In this document: positions 35,888 through 49,469 of the stretch, piece by piece | Numbering within the stretch: the stretch's first letter is position 1 | Layout of the letters: each line of letters begins with the position of its first letter | DNA from: Takakia lepidozioides | Taxonomy: Eukaryota; Plantae; Bryophyta | Length of the DNA: 64,000 nt | Assembly: GCA_030704615.1 (NCBI GenBank) | Contig: CM060732.1 | Location: 49,538,001-49,602,000 of the forward strand | Reading direction: 5' to 3' | The notes under the pieces: generated by a model | Told to the model about the DNA's origin: nothing | Databases searched by the model: none | What the model saw: only the letters and a program-made list of their open reading frames with translations | Translations under genes and position numbers: made by a program

Positions 35888-38800
35888 TCAGATAGAAACA
35901 CTGTTTGGAATACCCTTTCCAGTCAATCCAGGCTCTGAGGTTGGGTACAGCAAAGTGTAGGGAATCTTCGCAGGGCCCAAGCGGTTTGTCAACTTGTTGT
36001 TGAGGTTCCTGTCGTCGATTGTCTTTTGAATCTGTTGCAATCTCTCTCCATACCTCTGGAATGCGTTCAACACCTGGGGGCAACACAACAAATGGACGGG
36101 TCATTGACTACAGAACAGGTCAAACTACAGTGCTCGAGATAACAAAACATGCAAAGTGAAGTTATTTTCTAGTCTAGTACATTTTCGAGGCTAGTGTGCC
36201 AGCTTGAAGAGAAGTGATGTTTTGCCAGGAACTGAGCAACATGTGTACAAGGCTAGGATTAAAGACTGAATGTTCTCTATAGTAGCAGTTGGCTGGACCC
36301 CTTTAAACTAATCCCTGGAGGAATCTGTCGTGCTCACTCGCTAGAGCTGTTATTGTCCATGGAGGCGTATTAGGTGTAGGACCAATACCTCCTCGTTGCT
36401 TGTCCAGTTTTCAACTGACTGCTGGCCGAGATATTCCTCATTACTTGCGTGCGTTGCCAAAATCTCAATAGTACTCATCACAATAGTAGCTTGTGAAGGC
36501 TTTGCGTGGGACTCGAGGAAGAACTTCTCCGGATCAGACAGTAGCTCTTTGTAGTCTTCGCTATTCTCTTCAGGGATCAGACGCCTCATGGTCGAAGTGT
36601 GGTTGGGCATGTAGCCTGTATATGCGTACTGTCCGAAATTCACAGCAGCATGGTGAGCGGAAGCTACCCAGGCAATAGTTGTCAAGATCTGTACCAAATT
36701 TTCCTTGGAATTGAGAGTTGGCCAGCCCGTCGCATCCTTCTTATCTCCATGTCCCTCGGTGCGGATCTCGGACCACCAATCCCGAACCTCTGCATCCTCT
36801 TGGACAGTTTTGTCATCCACGTAGTATATGTCGACATAGTCTTGCACCCAGCTTTTGAGGGCAGACCATATGTCAAGGCCATCAAGCCCATATGGGTAGT
36901 CCTCGAAAACCAACTTCACCCCGCTCTCGGCATTTTGATCACGCTCAGCCATACCCCTGCCACCCGCAGAGATCAGATTGCAGAACTCAGAACCTCCTTG
37001 AGTAGTTGATATGATTCATGATCCAAACGGAGAAAGAGTGGAGTAGTACACACGTACGTGCAATCACCTACCTCTTCAGCAGGTCATTCGGCAGGCCTTG
37101 CTCATCGAATTGCCATAATGCCCCATAAAGCACGGAACTCATCTCCATGGAGTAGTTGCCAGGGGTGAAGCACCTTTCAATGATTCCACCTGCATTGATG
37201 AGGGCCTTGCGAGCAGCTTCGTTGATGTTCATAGTGTTCTTGAAGTGTGGTAACAGCAAAAGGTGCACAGGATGCAGCACACTCAATTGCCTTTGAGTGG
37301 CAATGATAATGGGCTCCATCGTAGCATGTGCTCGTGCCCTACAAAATCCACCAAGACAATTGAGCGGATACATGTATTTCAGATTATGTACATCTGAAAC
37401 TGAGCAACCAAGGCAGCTCACCAGGCTGACCGTATTAGTTACAGAGATATAGCAAGTTCGAAGTACACAGGAACAATAAAGTTTAAGACATATATACATC
37501 TGGAAGCCAACTTACCAGTGACTGTAGATCTCGTGAAAAGCACAATCATTAGCCCGTGCATGTCCTTTGGCAAGTTCCCACAGCCAGTCTCGATTACCAT
37601 CCTTCGGTGGAGTGAACACCCTCTTACTGCTGGGAGTATTGCCGGGCAGACCCAGCTCAATTGCCACCGGCTTCATATTTCCTCGACTGGTAAGAAACAG
37701 GATGGTTCTTGTTGCATACCCCTTGCTTGGTTCAAAGTCTGAAGACTCGTTAATTCGTTCAATGTAGGGGAGAAAGTAGTCATAGTAGTCCAATGTGTAG
37801 AGTCTTGTCTCATCCAAGGCCTACATGCAATGACAAAATCAATGCAAAGTCAGCTGGCCAGCATTATCTAGATATAGTTAAGTTGCACATGGCAGCACTG
37901 TAGTGAACTCAAGAGATGGATGTCGAACATTTGCTACATCTGGAAAGACCATATTGCCGACCAAAATGCAGGGACTATCCAGAATGAAATTGTGGGGCCT
38001 AAAAATTTCCAAGAGAAAGCTGCGGACTCTCCGAGACATTGCGGACGCCTAGATATGTCTCCTATATGCAAACTGAATGTGGGTACGCACACACTTGTAA
38101 CTATTGGGAGAATCTGATTTCATACTTCCGAAAAACTTCGGATTTGGAGGACATCCCAAGCTTACATGTACAGTTTCAATGACCTCCTGGTGGACAGCAA
38201 ATGCATTCGGCTTCCAATCTGGTTTGCGCTCAAGAAGTCGGTCTCGGAGACGGATCATCCAGGGGCTTAAAACTGATCCGGGCAGTCTGTTGTGAAGTAC
38301 TTAACATGCAAGCTCAATCAGCTAACTAGTTCAACAACTTTTCAGAACCACTCAATCCCTTACAATGAGAGAGTCCATTGAACCTTTACGAAGGGAGCTA
38401 TGTATCTAAAGCCTATCGTAAATTGTATATGAATTAGAACGAAACCATGCTCTATGATCGGGGGACTTAGTTTCGAGAAAAAACCTGAATTCTCACACAA
38501 TCTCAAGAGAATGTTGGGCCCAAAGGAGTGTGATGTGTACATCTTACCTGCTGGACTGTGAGACCTTCCAAGTAGGGCTCGATGTGCTGGGCGGTGATGG
38601 CTGACGTTGGGTCCCCGTACTTGTCTTGAACATTTAAACTACTCACTGGCGGGAATGCCTGCAGCGTGAACAATTTGTGCACAAATCAACAATGTGTCCA
38701 TAAATAATCGATCTTGGAAGAAGTCAGATGGAGAGAAATCACAAGCAACGTTACCGTGAGGCGCTCGATCTGGAGCGGGTTGACGCCACTCAAAGTCTGA

Positions 38801-41287
38801 CGACCAAACTCTTCATCGTCCATCCACGCATTCTGGTCAACTGCGAACAAACAGAACCACTCGCAAACTCGATCTTCGGGTGCCAAGTAATTCACATGCA
38901 TGGAATCTATTAAAAATCTTAGTCTTAGAAGACTCCTTTAAACTGTAAGGGTACTCTAGATCAGTTTTCTTCACTCTAGTGCTGAGTCAAAGATAAAATA
39001 TGCACACTCCCCGAATCTCAGCTCCAATAGTCCAAAGGAGGTTAATTATATAACATCGATATATACGTATACGTTCGAGAGATACGATCGATAGAGAGCC
39101 TTGGTCGGAGGAAAATATCTTGATGTTCAGCCTTTGAATGCTAGATTCTCGAGCTAACATTTGCCCGGGATTCTTGAATCCGATCCCAGGCTTTCAACTT
39201 GGAACAGAGACTTTATATGCACATGTTTGAAAAAGGGATGGAAAAATGGCACTTGCGAAGATGTGAACTGCTCTCACCTTGCAAGACTTGAGGCGGTATG
39301 TATTTGATGACGCTATCTCGGTCATCAGCGCCAAGACCCTTGACCAGCTGAAAGGGATCCAGATAGATTTGTTTGCTTTCAGTGCTCATAGCACTTTTCT
39401 GGACCTGCAGTTGCTCCTTCAAATCGATACCTTCGTCATAGAGGTTCTGCACATCTTTGAAGCTTCTGAATTCATTTTTGTCATCTGACAAGAGACCGTC
39501 GATTGCTGGAACCAGAAGATGGCCGACGGAGATCAGCGCGACACTGAGGAAATCTGCCTCCTTTGTCCCGTCAAAGACTTCGTCCCGTGGGATATAGAAG
39601 CTGCTATTCCCTCTTTCCTCTGTCGTTGGATCTGCCAGATACAATAAAGGATTTGACAAAGGAATCAGGGCAAGTGTTTATGAATGGTGGATTCACTCCA
39701 CGAAGATGAATGAAAGAGAGATGGATCTCGGCACACGTACACGTACAAGCATGAATACTTGAAGCTGTTGACGGTTCCGGGCACATGAAAGAACTAAATG
39801 AGTTTGGAGCAATTACAGTAAGAAACTAATCTCTACTCCTGAGTCACCTGCAGCAGCAGCCTTGCGCCCAGTTCGGATGCGACGGGGGTAGGGAAAGTCG
39901 ACGCTGCCCCCCAAGGAAGGTCTTTTCAGTTTCGGATTTGAGGCGTCACCGAGATCATTGTAGACAGCATAGTCATAAATTCGATCCCACGCTTGCCTTT
40001 CACCTTCTCCATCCCCCCGTAGGTTTGATTTTTCTGCCTCGCGCTTTTGGACAAGCCCTGGTGGAGTCTGATTTGGTAGATACACCTAGACATACATGTG
40101 TATCCGGTTTTTGTCTCAGCGGATGCTTCCGGAAGAGAACAAGTTCTTAAATATATTGTAACAGTTGTTCGTAGTTTGTCACAGCTTCTACGAGATGTCT
40201 TCAAGATGCAAATCAAGAGTAAACTGTACATACATGTTAAGTTGGACGAGATGTGCGATTAAATTAACTTGATGTTCACTATGCCAATTCTAAACAGACT
40301 ACAATAGCATGTCAAGTTCAACGGGTACTAGTTAATTACTTGGTTGCTGAAGAAGATACGGTCCGATTTGTATTTGTCGACATTGTAGACCCACGAGTTG
40401 CATGCAAAGTACACCTCATTTCCATCGGGCAGTTTCACCGTGAAAGACTTGAGAAAGAACTCGTTTGAATGATTATTTCTGACAAGTAGAGCCCCAGGTG
40501 TGCCGAAGTCTTTTGGCACCTTGATTGTCACAGGGTAGCTGATATCAGTCTCCTTCAATTTGTCTTGAGACAGAAACCAATTCTCCACACTAGTTTCATC
40601 GCTCAACTTGCCCGTGAGTGTGCCTGCATAAGACCAGCCTGGAACATTATGTCCGGATCTCATACGTGAGCGAGAGATCTAGTTACGAGAAATTATGGCC
40701 CGGCGGGATGGGATCTACTTGAAAGAAAGAAACCTTGAGGAAACCGAGCAACCCAACACTTTCAAGGAATAGCAAGGAAATCACGTGAGCTATTGTTAGC
40801 TAATACGCAAGAATACATACACTTGGGCACCATTAGAAAACTGGAACCGCTCGAACTAGGCCTCCAGTTTTAAAGGAGACTCACCAGGGTCCACTTGGTC
40901 GGCACTAACGAGCTGCAGAAACACTTTCCGATTAAGGGCCAGGTCCTCGCCATCATCCTTTAAGTCGGCGACTATATTTGTGAGATAGTTCAAGGCAGCC
41001 TTCTTGCGGATCACGAGCGTACTTCTCAGGCTGACAAACTCAGTCTTAGTGACCTGGAATTTACGGCTCTGCAAGTTCTTCGTACGAGAGTCGAGTGCTG
41101 AGGCGTGGACAGCTACCTTCTGTCCTTGAGAGCCTGTCCCCTCTTTTAGACTCGGACGTTTGAGGGCCTGTGTGGCGTCGCTTGCCATTAATGGAAGCCT
41201 TGATTTGAGGGAGGACGAAACCGGCGATGTGAGATCGCAGGTCGCTGGGACCTGCTTGCAGGTGAGATGTACAGCGTGCTGAGCCAT
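35888..41287 (-). CDS. LOX: Lipoxygenase B, tandem paralog, 10 exons, ~933 aa
   Basis: Exons 41287-40885, 40623-40340, 40085-39848, 39631-39278, 38840-38755, 38658-38548, 37820-37516, 37338-37072, 36956-36389, 36073-35888 join in phase (2802 nt). [26 protein letters not shown]. Confidence 0.96.
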
Positions 41288-42622
41288 TCTGTGTCCAGAC
41301 TAGTGTTTGATCCACGTTACTGCGGGTTTAAGAGATCTGCCAAGTTATGAACAAAACAGCATGAACACCCGTAGTACATATATGTGGAACTGAGCTCTCG
41401 AACATTCCACAAGCAGTCCACACACTTGATCCACCCCGTTTCTCCAATGTAAAACCCAGAATGATATATAAGCAGGATCCAGAACTCAAGAAATTGTGCA
41501 CACAGATTAATGGAGATGAGCCAGCGACTGCAGATGTACATACGACATGGTACTATAAAACGACGATTTGAGAAATCACACAAAGCCTGGAGACATAATA
41601 GATCTAGACGCCTTAACGTGAAATTCAGAACCCCACCTGCTAAGATAGAGAGAGGGATCAATCGTTATACTGGAAACCACCAAGCCTTCCGGAGCTGAGT
41701 AACTACTATCGATGACACAAGTTGACAGCTTTTCTATATATTGCAACGAGCGTGCAGCGCATGTCAGAGAGTTTCAAGTCATCCGATTAACGACGGAGCT
41801 TCTGCAGTGCTCAATCTTCCTCCACCAACTTTGTCATCTCCTTAGTTAAGTTTCAAGAATACTACTCTATATATTGCAGCGAAATTCCAAAGTGGCCTGG
41901 TTGAGATCAGAAGGACTCAGGACTAAGTTAGCTGATGGGTAGTTTCTGCTGAGGGGTAGTTTCTGCAGCATTTCCTCCAGCCACTTTCTCCAGCAACTTC
42001 ATCATATTGGTCTTCAACGTTCCTAGCTAATTATTTCCAGAATGGCTACGATCTACCTGATCTTGATTTGACTGTACATCCCGAGCAGACCTGTCGGGAT
42101 CCATTCAAATCTACTACACTATAATTTACGCTTCCTTCGTGAGGAGTCCTCTTTCTTTGTACGATACTACTATGCACAAGACCGCCCAACTACACAATAA
42201 GGAAGTCAATCATGAACTAAGTAACGACTCTAGTATCGTGGCCAGGAAGGAAGATTAGTGTCAAGCTCCGATTAAGTTGCCAAGGGAAGTGGCTCTTAGT
42301 TACGCGCTTTCATGATAGGGCTCTGCAAGACGCTGTTGAGAGTCCTCTCGCAGGTAGTGGGACCACTGCAAAGCCGCAAGCAAACAGAAAGTTCGTACGA
42401 GATTGCAGGATGTGAGGTATACGACCGGCGTTGAACAGCGACATTGTGAGCCCAAGCGCTGATCTTTTGGTCATCACATGTGGCTCTCAACAGACGTTCA
42501 AACTTCAAAGGCACGTTGCTGCCAAGTAAGTATTGCTCTCCTCTTTTTTAGAACATTAGAAGTTAGACGAATAGGGTAGGACCCAATAGATGCACCCGGG
42601 GATGGATGTAAGTAGAGTATAG

Positions 42623-43490
42623 CTTCCATCCAGTTGGATGTGCATCAGTCCGGGCAATCTAACTAAGGTGGGTATATTGTGGCCTTTTTTTTTAGGAGGA
42701 GGAAGAGTATACATACATAGTTTAAATGTATAGTTTCATATCTTCTTTAGTCCCCTCACAATACTTTCGTTATGGGGTCGGCTACATACTGTTTGCCTAG
42801 TCCCCCGACTTCGGGAGAAGGGGTGCCTCCTCACGGAGGCCAATAGATGCATAAATAAAGAAAGCTACCTTTGGAGAATAAATTTTGTTGGCTCTGTCCC
42901 TTGAGGGAAGACACTTTGCAACATGTTTGAGTCAATGGAGAAAATGTGGTCCACGAACCTTACATCGTGTGTCAAGAGTATGATTGGTCTAAAAAAGGTT
43001 TTGAGTATAAACCGCGTGGCAGCTTGTCTCAGTGGAACAGAGCCTCTTGTTCTTTTTGTTCTTTTTGTTTTTTTTTTTAATTTTTAAAGAGGGGAAACAG
43101 GAAATTTTATTAGATTGAGGGAAAAAAAATTGTTCTATTAAGAAGAAAAGAAGGGACAGAGGCAGTGTTTTGTTTTGTCTTTAATTTGAAAAATAACAGG
43201 AGTGGCTACTGAGTTTTGCAAGAAATAGCCATATTTTCTGTTCATCTGAAATTTGAATAGAATCATCCTCCTCTGCACTTTCATCCATGTTTGGCAAATT
43301 CATCCATAATTTATATTTTATTTGGAGAAGTTTGGCAATTTCATCCATGAGAAAACAGGGAATTTATGACACAATATTCTATTTTATTTTGTGAGGTCGA
43401 AATATTGCGAAAATTTGCCAGAAATAAAACACTGGGTCCCAAGAGGCCCTTAGAAACTTTATTAAAGCAAGGAAAAAATAACTTTGTTTT
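42623..43490 (+). repeat. Non-coding repeat, copy 1 (with ~190-bp insert near 42695-42878)
   Basis: Long near-identical runs shared with 46124-46730, e.g. GAGTCAATGGAGAAAATGTGGTCCACGAACCTTACA and GAAGTTTGGCAATTTCATCCATGAGAAAACAGGGAATTTATGACA. Confidence 0.85.
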
Positions 43491-43667
43491 GTTTTGTTTT
43501 CTTTTTTCTTTTTCTTTTTTGATGAAAGAAGGACAGTGGCCTCCATTAACTTTATTTGAATTATTGAAGGGGAAAAAATTAAAACCCTTATCGGCTTGAA
43601 GGCTGCCATAAGGCCTGAATAGTAACCGGAACGAAGAATCCAATGACAGTTTGTTCTTTTTGAGTAT

Positions 43668-43920
43668 TTGACATTTGGGGTTCCACAATGTAGAGAATTC
43701 AGGCTACAAGGATGTGTGATGGCTTATTGGAAAGCTAGGTTGATTCCCCAACTCTGGGATGTTGTTTCGGGCCAATTGAATGTGAACACTAGTTATGCCC
43801 AAAAAACAGAGGTGGAGCTTCAAGTACTCTGTTTTTCTTCACAATTTGACCTGCATTGACATTCGGGGTTGTAGCATATAGAGGATTTAGGCTACAAGGA
43901 TGTGCGATGGCTTGTTGTTG
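43668..43920 (+). repeat. Short direct duplication (~60 bp at 43668 and 43856)
   Basis: TTGACATT(T/C)GGGGTT...AGGCTACAAGGATGTG(T/C)GATGGCTT occurs twice. Confidence 0.75.
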
Positions 43921-45379
43921 CTTTATGCTACCCTCATGTGGTATTTTCACTACTAGGAGTAATGGCGTTGTGCCGTTGAGAGGAGAGACGCCAAGACTAG
44001 GACAAGACGGCCGAGTTGGCTACGATGAATTCTTGAATTCTTGCCTGGGTTCACCCTGCGAATGACATGTGGGATTTCATCCGCCCATGTGCATGGTCAT
44101 GGTGGATCATCGGGTGGGTCCCACAGGGCTGATCCGCTGTCGAGCCCTGGCTGCCCCCTCATGTGCGTAGTACTTGGAGGCAATATCTATGCCACTTGAC
44201 TTTCTTGACCAGCTGCTGTCAAAATCGCCCTGGCGATTGAAGACACCTTTGGATCGTCACACGCAGGCTCCGAGAGCTTGGGCAAGGAAAGAGACACGGA
44301 GGAGTGGAGAGAGACGAAATCGTGACCATGGAAAGCCTACAGCAGATCTCGGCCGTCCAACCATCATCCCGAGTTACTGAAACCCGAGCGGAGTAGTTTA
44401 GGTCACACACCCATGTTCCACGGTCCATCTACTTACACGTTTACGGCATATGCTATTCCAGTATTCCTCAGATGTTAAGGGGATCTTTGTGGAGCATGGT
44501 AATCTCAAGCTAATCTCAGGCTAATCTGGCAAAGCCAATTAGGCTGAATGCAGTAGCTGTAACCCTGCTTAACCCTTAACTTCCTACAAGGTGATTTTTT
44601 TCACTCTCTAAAACTACTATCCACCTACCAGCATCCATCCACAAAAATTGACCATACACATTACATCGCACAAAAGCGCCGCGGGCGCCGTCGCAGGCTG
44701 AGCGCCGCGCGGGCATGGAGGCGCGCTGGTGTCGCTAAACACCCCCCCCCCCCCCATTTGTTTGTAGTGAATCTGCATCCCCAGTTATTCCTGTCAGTGT
44801 ATGTAAACGGACTAGGTGTTCTTCTTTCTTTATGTTGTTTTCTCCTTGTGTTTTTCATTGTATCAATGATTGAGAAACCCCCATCAACTGCTATATCATT
44901 TGGAATCATGTTGTTGCAAGACTGGCCCATATGATAGATACATGTTTTCTCTTTCACTCACCACAATCCTGTCGAGTAAACGTTCTCTCCGATCTGTCTC
45001 ACGTAAAGGTTTGGGGTGGCGGTTTCTGCATAGTTTTTAGGCTTATTAAATTGCAGAATATGGCTGTTTTTAGGGGAGTGCCGATTCTGCACTCAGAATA
45101 GCCGAATCAATGAATCAATATTTGCCAAAAATCATGGGCACGCACATTGGCAGAGGGGAATAGTATTTGAGGTTGTCTTCGCAGAGCTTATGGGCCGGAA
45201 GGATGGCTGTTCGCTGGGAAAGGGAGCCATGCACATGTACATAAAAAAAAAATGGGTTTTATGGGGGCAATGGCATAATGGGTGCTCAGACACCATTGGG
45301 TACAGGTCTCGCATTCGCTCAGAAGTAACTTACTTGAAGGTCGAAGGTGTGACGATGACTATGGCGACCCATTGGAATT

Positions 45380-45450
45380 CCATACACTGATCATTGCAGT
45401 GTATGGCGTCCGGCTGGTCCCGCCATACACTGTATTGATTAGTGTATGGC
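45380..45450. repeat. Alternating direct/inverted CCATACACT motifs, TE-subterminal-like
   Basis: CCATACACTG 45380, CAGTGTATGGCG 45397, CGCCATACACTG 45421, AGTGTATGG 45441. Confidence 0.7.
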
Positions 45451-46123
45451 AGGTGGCAGTGACGTGGCAACCCTCCATGGCGACGAGGCAGGGAGCTAGC
45501 TAGAAGGCAGGGCAGCGATCAGGAGGAGCCGACGTGGCAGGGACCAGGAACAAGCCCAGGTGGGGCCCAGGCCCAGGCCAAAACCACGATCCATACACAG
45601 CTTATGCGCCAGCTGGCACGAAGAGGCGGAGGGCTGGTGCGCTAGCGTGGCATAGAGGACGTGGCGCGGCGGCAGATGGGAGGCGGGGGAGCCCTGGTAT
45701 CCTCACTATCCCCTCACTGTCTGGGACATAGTGTACGGAATACCAAAAGAGCTATACTGGAACAGATTCCCATCCTAGGGAAAGATTCCAAAAGCACAGG
45801 CCAAGATTCCAAAACCATAGAATATTCTAACATAGCACTAGAAATAGATTCTTTTATCCCCAAGCCAAAATGCTTTATATCATGGGATGCAATGTGTGGG
45901 CTTAGCATCTAGCACTAAGCCACATACGTACATACATCTCCAAAAGTATGTATGAAAATACTAAATAAATGTATCTCCATCACATGTGCCAGCTCATATG
46001 GCCTAGGGCTACTATATGTTGGACCCAGGGTCATTTGGCTTACATCCATCCCCGGGTACAGGTTCTAACTTCTAATGTTCTAAAAGCCAATTGTCCAGAC
46101 CCTAGGCTAAATGTCCTCCAACA

Positions 46124-46730
46124 ACTTCCAGTTGGATTTCATCGGTCCGGGCAATCTAATAAGGTGGGTATATTGTGGGGTTTTTTTTTTTAAATAAAAT
46201 TTGTTGGCTCTGTCCCTTCAGGCCAGAGACTTTGCATCATGTTGGAGTCAATGGAGAAAATGTGGTCCACGAACCTTACACCGTGTGTCAAGAGTATGAT
46301 TGGTCTAAAAAAGCTTTTGAGTATAAACCGCGTGGCAGCTTGTCAAAATTGTTGCTTCAATGGACAGAGCCTCTTGCGGTTTGCAGCTTGTTCTTTTTGT
46401 TCTGTTAAGAAAAAAAAAAAGGGATAGAGGCAGTGTTTTGTTTTTTTTTTAAATCTGGAAAATAACAGGAGTGGCTACTGAGTTTTGCAAGTTCATCCAC
46501 TGAAATTTGGATAGAATCATCCTCTGTACTTTCATCCATGTATATCACCCATATTTGGCAAATTCATCCATAATTTATATTTTATTTAGAGAAGTTTGGC
46601 AATTTCATCCATGAGAAAACAGGGAATTTATGACAGAATATTCCATTTTATTTTGTGAGGTACCCGGACTAAAAACACTGGAAAAGGCCCTTAGAAACTT
46701 TATTAAAGCAAGGAAAAAATAAATTTGTTC
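46124..46730 (+). repeat. Non-coding repeat, copy 2
   Basis: Direct copy of 42623-43490 without the insert. Confidence 0.85.
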
Positions 46731-48777
46731 TTTTTGTCAATCTGCCCTGATCAAGTTGCTTGAGATGGGTGAAGGCAAGCGGCAACTTCCATGAGCATCA
46801 ATCAAAATGTTAATGTCAAGTCCCTTTTTTCTTTTTTGGTTCCTATTAGTTACTAGAAGCTTCACATGCACTCTTCAATGGTTTCCAAGAAAAAAAAATG
46901 AAAACTAATATGAATTACGCTGAAAACTTATCTCGGTTATTCAGCGTAAGTTACATTTTGTCATTAATAAATTGACCATCGTCTTGGGACTTTTGGGCCA
47001 TGGCCATCAAACAAGGCAGCAATTTCAGGGTTTATCACTGTTGTAGAAAAGAGGGTAGAAAGCCCAATAGATGCACAGGCAATGATTGTTTTCTCTTAAA
47101 CCCCCACCAGATCCAAAACAGGCTTCGGGGCCTATCATTTTAAAGGTAAATTGCTGATTCAGATCTGCTTCAATTTTTATGAAATTAGTGCCATAGATTG
47201 GCCATGTCTGCCAGGATTGGCGAGTGATTGCTCTAATTTTGAGGAGGGGCCGAGGTTTTGATGAAGCCTGTAATTCTCTATTTTTCATGCTAAGATTTCT
47301 TCACATGTGTGGGAGAGGGTTCTTGTTAACCCTCAAGTGCCCAAGCGACCCATTCTGGATCGCTTGGGTTTGCTTAACCAGCCATAACTTCCTGTGGTTA
47401 AGGCTGATTGGGCCTTTTTTGGGCTCAATCGATAGAAATCCGGGTCCCCCTTCATATGGCATTGGACAATTGGTCAATGCCTGAAGGGGTATGGGTCTGG
47501 ACCAATTGGAAGGGGGCACACTCAGCTTTTTTAGGCCAATTTGGCCCCCCTAACCTGCCCAAGTTGCTGACATGGCAACTGCGGTCAGGTTAGGGTGACT
47601 GAAAGATACCCCATAAAGGTTAGGGCGGCACGCTCCCCAAAACCCCTTGATTGCCCGGGGGGATGGTGACCGGTGCAGGTCTGGGCATTCCCAGGCCTGG
47701 GCCCTAGCCTGAATCCACGGCGATGGCAGCGCTCCGGCTAACGCCATGCACGGCGGGCTGGAGGGAGTGCAGCCGCGATGGCGGCAGAGCTCGGGCTCGA
47801 GAAAAACGCCATGAGGGGTGGGCCAAACCTAGGGCGGGGGTTTGAGAGGGTTGAGGGTGGAGTGGGCCCCCATGAAAGCAGGGCCGGGTAGCCAGAGGAG
47901 CTCCCAAACCCCGTGCCCTTCTGGGCTATGGCTCCAAATATCCTAGGCTTGCAGGCTATAACATAGGTGTGCATTTGAAGTCTTGGGCAGGGAGCCTAAA
48001 GATTGGTCCCAAACTTTTTTGGGGATCTCATATGGATGTTCATGACACTTCAACCGGAGGGATTAGGAATTGAACGGCTGAATTTGTTTGTATAATTTTA
48101 GGAAGAGATATTTTGGCCTGCCCAAAGAAAATGGCATATTTTGACCCCCCCAATTTGTCACTACAAAGGAGCCCACTTGAATTATGAGGATGTGTGTTAT
48201 CAGGTATGGTACAACATTCTTGAGACTCTCAAAAAAAGAGAAATTAAAACTGCCCAAATACGAGCAAAAAACGGCTTTTTTTGGCACCTATTTCTTAGTG
48301 AAGAGTTTTTTTCGTCCCCACTCTACACTTTATAATCTTCTGATCTGGCGGTTGGAATTTGATGAAACTTTTTGTGGCAGGAGGTGGGGTAGGTGGGAAG
48401 TAATTCCAACGGTCAGTTTTACAGGGACATAGAGGTTTTCCAGATAAAAATGTTTTCGTGGGCGAGGGTCATGTTTTCCACGAGAGGGTGAAAATGAGTC
48501 TGGGCACTTGAGGGTTAAGGGATCTACCCAGGTTTGACCAAGTGGCAGCACTACATGTGTTGGCCAAATTGGATTGTTTTTGGCTTGTTGGACGAGGGAT
48601 CCCAAGGGGATGATAATCTCATCTCAATCCAAGTTGATACATCACTCAAATCTTAAAAAATTACCTAAAAAATGATATGTTTCTCCAATGGGCCGGGCCC
48701 CACATTCAACGGTGGCGTTTTCTGGATCTGGGGCTCATTGCCCTGGAAACTGGCAGGTGGGTGCAGGAAGAAGATAC

Positions 48778-49170
48778 AAGTGTTGGGCGCATATATTGAT
48801 TACCCTTATATACCCTGGTGTGGTAAGTTTAGGTGCTTGCAATTGTACTTGTAACTGGATGTATACCCTCATATTAGCGTATATTTTTTATGATATACCC
48901 TTATGCTTATATTTACCCTGCATTAAGAAGTCCAAGAAGGGTCCATACCAGTGTTGGCCGGGTACAATGTTTTGAGCCCTCTTCCGGTCCCGATTATGGC
49001 CTACTCCTTGAAAAAAGTGGATGGCCGGGGCAGGGTATAACAATAGGTTTGAAAAACATCTCGGTTACATGTTCTAATTAAACACATGAATTTTTTTTTG
49101 TCCGGTTCTCAATCTACCGGTTATGCCATCTTAAAAATTGCCGGTTCCATGGTATCAGTTATGGGATTCA
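48778..49170. mobile_element. Fragments of hAT-like TIR families
   Basis: 48790-48928 is similar to 6610-6722. A second TIR-like start CAGTGTTGGCCG at 48949 is followed by CCGGTT motifs. Confidence 0.55.
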
Positions 49171-49469
49171 TCCATTTTTATATTTGGGGGGCGGGTGAAG
49201 CTGAGCTCCTGCTGCTGACCTAAAATTCTCTTATGACTTAGCCGCAACTCCCCAGTCAGCATATCTCTGCTAGATCCCCAACTATATGCTAACTTTTATC
49301 TCTAAATATTGCTACTTTTCCTTCTATCTTAGTATATTCTTTTAGTGACTCGGCTATTCTGAAACACGCTACCCGCTCACGTATCCAACTATGGTGGCGA
49401 TGCTCAACACATCTTTGTCTCGGCTTCACACCCCCCTCTGCTTGTTGGTCATACACGAACAGGATCGCT

